The position numbers and the translations under genes were made by a program. Positions 57,600 to 64,000 of a stretch of DNA of 64,000 nt are shown here, piece by piece (the stretch's first letter is position 1; every line of letters begins with the position of its first letter). The stretch comes from an uncultured Bacteroidota bacterium (lineage in GTDB: Bacteria; Bacteroidota; Bacteroidia; 2-12-FULL-35-15). The notes beneath the pieces are model-generated. The model was given only the letters and a program-made list of their open reading frames with translations, searched no databases and was not told the DNA's origin. The DNA lies in NCBI GenBank assembly GCA_963727705.1, contig CAVSHK010000024.1, forward strand, positions 7,950 to 71,949, given 5' to 3'.

Positions 57600-58643
57600 T
57601 TAGTGTTTTGGTCTTAATTTTCTAACAGCAGCACCTGCTCTCCACATTTCTGAATTCTCTAATGCTTTTAACTCAGCTTCTAATTTCACTCTGTAGTCAG
57701 GTTGTGAGTTTGAGTCAATAGATTTTTGTGCTTCAATACCATCAGTTACTGATTTGTAAAGTTTAGCAAAAACCGGTTTAGTCGCTTCGTAGAAAGGATC
57801 CATCCAATCTAAAGCACCTCTTTGTGCAGTAGTTGAACAATTTGCATACATCCAATCCATTCCTTTTTCAGCGATTAATGGGTATAAAGACTGTGTAGCC
57901 TCTTCCACTGTTTCATTGAACGCTTCTGACGGAGAATGTCCGTTTTCTCTCAACACTTCGTATTGCGCTCTGAAAATACCTTGAATAGCACCCATCAACG
58001 TACCTCTTTCTCCTGTAAGGTCAGAAGAAACTTCTTTGTAAAAATCAGTTTCAAATAAGTATCCCGAACCAACACCAATTCCTAAAGCAATAACTTTATC
58101 TTTTGCTTTTCCGGTGGCATCCTGAAAAATTGCATATGAAGAATTTAAACCGCTACCTGCTAAGAATAATCTTCTCAATGAAGTACCAGAACCTTTTGGC
58201 GCAACTAAAATTACATCAATATCAGCCGGAGGAATAATGCCTGTTTTTTCTTTATAAGTAACACCAAACCCATGAGAGAAATACAATGTTTTACCTTTTG
58301 TTAAATATGGTTTAATAGTTGGCCACATTTGAATTTGAGCAGCATCAGAAAGTAAGTATTGGATAATAGTTCCTTTTGAACATGCTTCTTCTATTTCAAA
58401 TAATGTTTTTCCCGGAACCCAACCATCAGCAACAGCCTTGTCCCAAGTTTTAGAACCTTTTCTTTGACCAATGATTACATTAAATCCATTGTCCTTAAGG
58501 TTTAATGCTTGTCCCGGACCTTGAACGCCGTAACCAATAACGGCAATAGTTTCGTTCTTTAATACTTCACGAGCTTTTTCTAATGGAAATTCTTCGCGGG
58601 TTACAACGTTTTCTTCAACGCCGCCAAAATTAATTTTTGCCAT
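57600..58643 (-). CDS. ilvC: ketol-acid reductoisomerase (class I)
   Basis: 347 aa. IAVIGYGVQG.GQALNL.DNG, APKG.G...R, and the C-terminal knotted-domain pattern. Confidence 0.95.
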   Translation of the reverse strand: MAKINFGGVEENVVTREEFPLEKAREVLKNETIAVIGYGVQGPGQALNLKDNGFNVIIGQRKGSKTWDKAVADGWVPGKTLFEIEEACSKGTIIQYLLSDAAQIQMWPTIKPYLTKGKTLYFSHGFGVTYKEKTGIIPPADIDVILVAPKGSGTSLRRLFLAGSGLNSSYAIFQDATGKAKDKVIALGIGVGSGYLFETDFYKEVSSDLTGERGTLMGAIQGIFRAQYEVLRENGHSPSEAFNETVEEATQSLYPLIAEKGMDWMYANCSTTAQRGALDWMDPFYEATKPVFAKLYKSVTDGIEAQKSIDSNSQPDYRVKLEAELKALENSEMWRAGAAVRKLRPKH

Positions 58644-59196
58644 GTTTGTTTTTTGTTTTAATTGTTATTTTACTATTGTGTTCTATTTCCTTTAAATAAT
58701 GTGATAATGTTTTCATCGGCTTGGTTACCGCTACTCTTCCGCTTCGTGAAAACTCAAGTACATCAAATTTTTCAAGGTCGTTAAACAAACGTTTAATCTT
58801 GTCTTCACTGCCTGATTTTTCTACAACCACATAATCATACGAAATGCTGATGATTTTAGCATTGTAGGCGTTGATGATTTTTTGAAACTCTTCGTTTTGA
58901 TTGATGGCTTCGCTCGATATTTTGTACAAAGCAATTTCGCGGCTGATGATTTCTTCTTCGGCATGGTAAAAGGCTTTCATCACCTCCACCTGCTTTTCTA
59001 TCAGCTTTACAATTTTTTCAATTCTTTCTTTTTCAACAGTAACAACAATGGTATAACGATAAATACCTTTTACCTCTGTTTCGCTGGTAATGATGTTTTC
59101 GATATTGATGTGCCGGCGTGTAAAGATGATTGTTACACGGTTCAGCAACCCAACAATATCTTCTGAAAAAACGGATATGGTATATGTTTGTTTCAT
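58630..59196 (-). CDS. ilvN: acetolactate synthase small (regulatory) subunit
   Basis: 188 aa. ACT domain (ISVFSEDIVGLLNRVT.IF.RR..NIE) followed by the ALS_ss_C-like region. Overlaps the ilvC start by 14 nt. Confidence 0.85.
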   Translation of the reverse strand: MKQTYTISVFSEDIVGLLNRVTIIFTRRHINIENIITSETEVKGIYRYTIVVTVEKERIEKIVKLIEKQVEVMKAFYHAEEEIISREIALYKISSEAINQNEEFQKIINAYNAKIISISYDYVVVEKSGSEDKIKRLFNDLEKFDVLEFSRSGRVAVTKPMKTLSHYLKEIEHNSKITIKTKNKHGKN

Positions 59197-59200
59197 GGTA

Positions 59201-60919
59201 TTATTCCAATATTATTTCAGACACACTTGCTCCTGTTGGCACCATTGGGAATACATTCTCTTCGGTTTCAACAACCACTTCAAGAAAATACGCTTCTTTG
59301 CAATCCAACATTTCTTTTAGTGCACTATTTAAATCTTTTCTTTCTGTTACTTTTTGTCCTTTTATGTTGTAAGCCTTTGCTATAGCAACAAAATCAGGAT
59401 TTTTTAATTCTGTAAATGAATATCGTCTTTCAAAAAATAATTGCTGCCACTGACGAACCATTCCTAAATAGTTGTTATTTAACATCAGTATTTTTACAGG
59501 AATGTTGTAATCCATAATGGTTCCAAGCTCCTGCATAGTCATTTGGTAACCACCATCACCAACTACAAGTACCACTTGTTTGTCTGGGCGGGATACTTTT
59601 GCACCAATGGCAGCCGGTAATCCGAAGCCCATCGTTCCAAGACCTCCTGACGTTACATTGTTGTTAGTGTCGTAAAAATGATAATAACGGGTTGCAATCA
59701 TTTGGTGTTGACCCACATCGGTAACAATAACCGCTTTCCCTTCCGATAATTTATGAAGTTTATCAATTACTTCCGACATTTTTACACTTGCCGAAGTTGG
59801 ATTAACAGCTGCATTAATAACTTTTTCCAACTCTATTTGATGGCAAGCTTCAAATTTATCCAACCACTCTTTTCTTTCTTTGGCATTAACGCCCGATTTA
59901 ATCAATGGAGTAAGCAAGTTCAACGCTTCTTTTGCGTCACCCAACACAGGAACATCGGCATGAACTATTTTGTTTATCTCTGCTCTGTCTATTTCAATGT
60001 GAACTACTTTAGCTTGTTTTGCATATGTATTTACATTACCTGTTACACGGTCGTCAAAACGCATCCCAATAGCAATTAATACATCGCATTCATTCGTCAG
60101 AATATTTGGTCCGTAGTTACCGTGCATACCCAAATACCCCACATACAAAGGATGTTGCGCCGGAAATGCCGACAAACCCAGTAATGTAGAAGCTACAGGG
60201 ATGTTTCCCTTTTCAGCGAATTCAATGATTTGTTTTTGCGCTTCAGCAAGCAATACACCATGTCCGCAAAGTATATAAGGACGTTTAGCACTGTTAATTA
60301 ACTCCGCAGCAGCCTCTATACTCTTTTCGTCAATCTCAGGGTATGGTACATAGCTCCTGATGCTGGTGCATTTTTCGTATTTATAAATAGTTTTACCAAA
60401 CTGTGCATCTTTAGTAATATCAACTAATACAGGACCCGGTCTTCCGCTGGTAGCGATAAAAAAAGCTTTTGCAATAGCGGGAGCTATTTCATCGGCTGTA
60501 GTAACCTGTATATTCCATTTAGTAACGGGCATTGAAATACCTATTACATCAGTTTCCTGAAAAGCATCGGTACCAATTAAATGAGATGCTACTTGTCCTG
60601 TAATACATATAACAGGATTTGAATCTATTTGTGCATCGGCAATACCTGTTATCAAATTGGTAGCTCCCGGACCTGATGTTGCAAATACAACGCCCGGTTT
60701 GTCAGAAACTCTTGAATACCCTTGTGCTGCATGTATTGCACCTTGTTCGTGACGAACCAAATAATGTTTTAACTGGTCTTGATAATCGTACAAAGCATCA
60801 TAAATGGGCATGATGGCTCCACCCGGATAACCGAAAACGTCATGAGCTCCTGAATCTATCAGTGCTAAAATAACGGCTTCTGCCCCAGTTACTTCCTTGT
60901 TATATTTATTGTGTTTCAT
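59201..60919 (-). CDS. ilvB: acetolactate synthase large (catalytic) subunit
   Basis: 572 aa. GYPGGAI.PIYDAL, RHEQGA.HAA.GY.R, TPP motif GLGTMGFGLPAAIGA....VV.V.GDG..QM..QEL, NN..LGMVRQWQ. Confidence 0.95.
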   Translation of the reverse strand: MKHNKYNKEVTGAEAVILALIDSGAHDVFGYPGGAIMPIYDALYDYQDQLKHYLVRHEQGAIHAAQGYSRVSDKPGVVFATSGPGATNLITGIADAQIDSNPVICITGQVASHLIGTDAFQETDVIGISMPVTKWNIQVTTADEIAPAIAKAFFIATSGRPGPVLVDITKDAQFGKTIYKYEKCTSIRSYVPYPEIDEKSIEAAAELINSAKRPYILCGHGVLLAEAQKQIIEFAEKGNIPVASTLLGLSAFPAQHPLYVGYLGMHGNYGPNILTNECDVLIAIGMRFDDRVTGNVNTYAKQAKVVHIEIDRAEINKIVHADVPVLGDAKEALNLLTPLIKSGVNAKERKEWLDKFEACHQIELEKVINAAVNPTSASVKMSEVIDKLHKLSEGKAVIVTDVGQHQMIATRYYHFYDTNNNVTSGGLGTMGFGLPAAIGAKVSRPDKQVVLVVGDGGYQMTMQELGTIMDYNIPVKILMLNNNYLGMVRQWQQLFFERRYSFTELKNPDFVAIAKAYNIKGQKVTERKDLNSALKEMLDCKEAYFLEVVVETEENVFPMVPTGASVSEIILE

Positions 60920-60988
60920 TATCTAAAAATCGTTTACAAACTATTTTTATCAAAACCCTGCTTAAAGGAAAAATAAAAATTTAGGCGA

Positions 60989-60996
60989 CAAAGATA
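60989..60996 (-). promoter_or_regulatory. -7 promoter box TATCTTTG (minus strand) upstream of ilvB
   Basis: The + strand CAAAGATA is the reverse complement of TAnnTTTG. It lies ~70 nt upstream of the ilvB ATG. Confidence 0.35.
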
Positions 60997-61079
60997 AAAC
61001 TTATTTTTAAACTCCATTTTTTAAGATAATAATTGTTGGAGCGGCTTGCAATTACAAAGCCACTAAAAATATATTTTAG

Positions 61080-61087
61080 TACCTTTG
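61080..61087 (+). promoter_or_regulatory. -7 promoter box TACCTTTG upstream of the djlA-like gene
   Basis: Exact TAnnTTTG match, 24 nt upstream of the ATG at 61111. Confidence 0.45.
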
Positions 61088-61110
61088 GCAGCGAAAAATA
61101 ATTTAAAATT

Positions 61111-61854
61111 ATGGCAAAAATAAAATTCGGAAAGTGGCTGGGAAGTGGATTGGGATGGGCTTTTGGTGGACCATTAGGAGGTGTGCTTGGCTTTGCATTG
61201 GGTTCGTTATTTGATGCGTCAGACGTAAAAGATGATGGACAAAATACTGTCGGCAGATCGTCTGTGCGCCAAGATGCGGGAGACTTTACGGTGAGCTTGT
61301 TGGTTCTATCAGCCGCTGTAATGAAAAGCGACGGCAAAACATTAAAAAGCGAACTGGATTTTGTAAAGAAATTTTTGGCATCGCAGTTTGGCGAAGAACG
61401 CGCGCAAGAACAATTACTGATTCTTAAAGAAATTTTAAAACAAGAGATTCCTTTGCAAGATGTGTGTTTGCAGATAAAACAATTTATGCCTCACTCGCAG
61501 CGTTTGCAAATTATTCACTATTTATTTGGTATTTCAAAAGCCGACGGGCATGTGCATGAGCTTGAACTGCAAACTGTTCAAACTATTGCAAACTATTTAG
61601 GTGTGCGCGCTGCGGACTTTGAATCACTCAAAGCCATGTACTTTCGTGATACCAATAGCGATTATAAAATTCTTGAAATTGAACCAACGGTAAGCGACGA
61701 TGAAGTAAAAAAGGCATATCGCAAAATGGCCGTTAAATTTCATCCTGATAAAGTGGCTGCACTTGGAGAAGAAGTACAAAAAGCCGCTAACGAAAAATTT
61801 CAGAAAGTACAGCAAGCTTACGAAAACATCAAAAAACAAAGAGGATTTGCTTAG
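61111..61854 (+). CDS. DjlA-like co-chaperone: Gly-rich membrane segment, TerB-like domain and a C-terminal J domain
   Basis: N-terminus GSGLGWAFGGPLGGVLGFALGSLF; a TerB-like middle region; C-terminus DYKILEIEPTVSDDEVKKAYRKMAVKFHPDKV (HPD motif). Confidence 0.8.
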   Translation: MAKIKFGKWLGSGLGWAFGGPLGGVLGFALGSLFDASDVKDDGQNTVGRSSVRQDAGDFTVSLLVLSAAVMKSDGKTLKSELDFVKKFLASQFGEERAQEQLLILKEILKQEIPLQDVCLQIKQFMPHSQRLQIIHYLFGISKADGHVHELELQTVQTIANYLGVRAADFESLKAMYFRDTNSDYKILEIEPTVSDDEVKKAYRKMAVKFHPDKVAALGEEVQKAANEKFQKVQQAYENIKKQRGFA

Positions 61855-61859
61855 ACAGT

Positions 61860-63050
61860 TTATTCCTCAACAGCCTTAACACCCGGCAAGCTACCGCTTT
61901 CAATGTATTCCAGCAATGCACCTCCGCCGGTTGAAACATAACTTACTTTATCGGCCATATTGTACTTGTTAATAGCTGCAACGGAATCGCCACCACCAAT
62001 TAAGGAATAGGCGCCTTTTTTAGTGGCTGCAACAATGGCTTCCGCAACGGTTTTGGTACCATGTTCAAAATTACTCATTTCAAAAACACCCATTGGACCG
62101 TTCCACAAAATTGTTTTTGAATTAGCGATAACATCACTGTAAATTTTTTCCGTTTTAACTCCAATATCCAGTCCCATCCAACCATCGGGAATAGCAGTAA
62201 TCTCGCATTGTTTTATGTTGGCATCATTTGCAAATTTATCTGCAACGATAGAATCAACGGGTACATAAATATTTACGCCTTTTGCTTTTGCATCTTTTAA
62301 GATGTTTAAAGCCGTTTGTAATTTATCTTCTTCTACCAATGAGTTACCAACCTTTCCGCCTTGGGCTTTAACAAAGGTAAAGGCCATGCCACCGCCAATA
62401 ATAATGTTATTGGCTTTATTAATAAGCTGTTCCAATATTAAAATTTTATCCGACACTTTTGCTCCTCCCATTATAGCTGTGAAAGGTTTTTCGGCACCGG
62501 TAAGCACTTTGTTGATGCTGGCTAACTCCCCGCTCATCACATAACCAAAACATTTTTTGTTCGGGAAAAATTGTGCAATAACCGCCGTTGAAGCATGCGC
62601 ACGATGGGCTGTTCCAAAAGCATCATTCACATAAAATGTTCCTAACTGCGAAAGCTGTTTGGCAAAATCAACATCTCCTTTTTCTTCTTGTTTGTGAAAA
62701 CGTAAGTTTTCCAATAATAAAACGGCACCGGCTTTTAATTTATCGGCAGCTTCTTTTGCAACAGCACCAATACAATCGTCGGCAAATGCAACAGGTATAT
62801 TTAGTAATTTGCTTAAATGGCTTACTACATGTTTTAATGAATATTTTTCACTAGGTCCTTCTTTCGGTCTACCCAAATGCGACATTAAAATCACACTGCC
62901 TCCGTCTTTTAAAATTTTGTTAATGGTCGGTAATGCAGCACGTATGCGGGTATCGTCGGTTACATTGTATTGTGCATCCAGCGGAACATTAAAATCAACA
63001 CGTATCAACACTTTTTGTCCGGAAAAATTAAAATCATCAACTGTTTTCAT
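61860..63050 (-). CDS. pgk: phosphoglycerate kinase
   Basis: 396 aa. [30 protein letters not shown]. Confidence 0.95.
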   Translation of the reverse strand: MKTVDDFNFSGQKVLIRVDFNVPLDAQYNVTDDTRIRAALPTINKILKDGGSVILMSHLGRPKEGPSEKYSLKHVVSHLSKLLNIPVAFADDCIGAVAKEAADKLKAGAVLLLENLRFHKQEEKGDVDFAKQLSQLGTFYVNDAFGTAHRAHASTAVIAQFFPNKKCFGYVMSGELASINKVLTGAEKPFTAIMGGAKVSDKILILEQLINKANNIIIGGGMAFTFVKAQGGKVGNSLVEEDKLQTALNILKDAKAKGVNIYVPVDSIVADKFANDANIKQCEITAIPDGWMGLDIGVKTEKIYSDVIANSKTILWNGPMGVFEMSNFEHGTKTVAEAIVAATKKGAYSLIGGGDSVAAINKYNMADKVSYVSTGGGALLEYIESGSLPGVKAVEE

Positions 63051-63118
63051 ATATCATTTATGGCTTTTTGTTTGGTCGGTTTAGAAATTACTTCTTTGTT
63101 TGCCTGCACAAATTCTAC

Positions 63119-63646
63119 TTAACTTATGATCTTTTTTAATCCTAAGAGTGCAAATAATTGACTGAATGGATCAAAATGTTTCTTGCCTTTCCAATTTGTC
63201 TTCATTTGTCTTTTTATTTCACTATAATTTGAGTAGTAAAAACTTGAAAAACGTCCTTTAATCTTCTTGTCTTTTATTAGCCAAACAGCTTCATGTGTGC
63301 TATACCTTGATTTTTCGTCCACTGTAATAAAATAATCAAATTCGTTCCAGGTTTTTGTTTTTTTTAGAAAAGGGAACAATGGATTAATAAATGTTATTCC
63401 ATTTGTGTCTGTAATAATGAATCTGTTTTGAGTCATAAAGAGAAGAAAAAATAAAAGTTGAAGCCCCAGAATAACGGTATAGGCAACCCTTGCGTTGTTA
63501 TTATTTATTAGGTCTACCTTGTCTATGCTTATTTTAGAGGCTGTCAGAAGCTCATATGTACCTATACCAATAACGAAATTCAATCCGATTAAAAGTCCGA
63601 AACCACCAAAGAATTTGTGTTTTGAGTGTATTTTGTCCGTCGTCAT
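63119..63646 (-). CDS. hypothetical membrane protein (two TM helices plus a small soluble domain)
   Basis: 175-aa ORF in a gene-sized gap. Hydrophobic segments FFGGFGLLIGLNFVIGIGTY and VAYTVILGLQLLFFLLF. No recognisable motif. Confidence 0.4.
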   Translation of the reverse strand: MTTDKIHSKHKFFGGFGLLIGLNFVIGIGTYELLTASKISIDKVDLINNNNARVAYTVILGLQLLFFLLFMTQNRFIITDTNGITFINPLFPFLKKTKTWNEFDYFITVDEKSRYSTHEAVWLIKDKKIKGRFSSFYYSNYSEIKRQMKTNWKGKKHFDPFSQLFALLGLKKIIS

Positions 63647-63668
63647 AAAATTATCGTTAGCTACTGAT

Positions 63669-64000
63669 TTATTTCAACGTTCCTTCTGCATAACGTTTAC
63701 GCATTTCTTTTTTGTCAAATTTACCAACGCTTGTTTTGGGAATTTCTTTAAGAATAACAACTTTATCAGGCAACTGATACGATGCAAATTCGTTGGATAG
63801 GAATTGTTTTATTTCTTCAATAGTAATAGTTTCATTATCCTGAAGCACCACACATGCTAATGGCCGTTCCATCCATTTAGGGTCAGGTATTGCAATAACA
63901 GAAGCCTCTCTTACTTTTGGATGGCCAAGAATGGCTGTTTCAAGTGCCACACTCGACACCCATTCTCCTCCGCTCTTTATCAAATCTTTCGTGCGATCGG
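63669..64000 (-). CDS. AMP-dependent acyl-CoA synthetase/ligase, C-terminal part (gene continues beyond the window end)
   Basis: DRTKDLIKSGGEWVSS.ALE......P.V.EA.V.....KW.ERP.A.VV ... IPKTSVGKFDKK is the canonical adenylate-forming-enzyme C-terminal subdomain. The reading frame is open to nt 64000. Confidence 0.85.
   Translation of the reverse strand, partial: DRTKDLIKSGGEWVSSVALETAILGHPKVREASVIAIPDPKWMERPLACVVLQDNETITIEEIKQFLSNEFASYQLPDKVVILKEIPKTSVGKFDKKEMRKRYAEGTLK

Noticed and set aside
60981-61337. 118-aa minus-strand ORF (MPSLFITAADRTN...) spanning the ilvB / djlA-like intergenic region
   Set aside because: It overlaps the start of the well-supported DjlA-like gene on the opposite strand and both predicted promoter boxes. 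Its composition is Pro/Ser/Asn-rich low complexity, mirroring the Gly-rich codons of the real gene. No motif is recognisable.

Overview
AT-rich chromosomal segment of Bacteroidota type. Supporting signs are a T9SS C-terminal sorting domain, TAnnTTTG -7 promoter boxes 24-30 nt upstream of several starts, a lipoprotein BamA/TamA (TamL-like) protein and no Shine-Dalgarno use. No tRNA, rRNA, CRISPR array, transposase or integrase was recognised.

Gene content, left to right:
- A GC-rich, truncated and frameshifted lysS fragment (1-737). It ends exactly at a repeat copy.
- A 2.7-kb block (737-3768) bracketed by inverted copies of a MITE-like element. It holds stress-type genes (PepSY-like, YceI) and two decayed genes.
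- dps, a BON-domain gene and mlaFED-like genes.
- A 4.5-kb gene for a T9SS-secreted repeat protein with a CXXCH N-terminal domain. It is followed by a cytochrome-c-like lipoprotein, a YceI-like protein and a beta-barrel protein.
- Housekeeping genes: trmH-like, tamL-like, fbaB, accD, rluA-family, panB, dnaK, crcB, rnz, asd.
- A ~24.5-kb self-contained nitrate-assimilation, molybdenum-cofactor and molybdate-uptake supercluster (28717-53174): moaE-moaD-mobA-moeA-moaCB, modC-modB-mop-modA, a small outer-membrane protein, a modE-like HTH gene, nirD-nirB, narK, a nasA-reductase fusion, a NiR/SiR-fold-rubredoxin fusion of unknown function, moaA, an FNR-like regulator, and porin-nrtABD.
- lpxH, accA, an EVE-domain gene, ilvBNCA, a djlA-like gene, pgk, and a partial acyl-CoA synthetase gene.

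Main points of interest:
- A MITE family with 18-bp TIRs and 10-bp target-site duplications. One copy rewrote the 3' end of narK.
- Modular nested palindromic intergenic repeats.
- The uncharacterised rubredoxin-fusion gene inside the nitrate cluster.
- The CXXCH adhesin / cytochrome-like lipoprotein / YceI / barrel four-gene cluster.
- A possible attenuator in front of asd.
- An unusually high load of single-nucleotide frameshifts in essential genes (dnaK, asd and others). This most likely reflects sequence quality.
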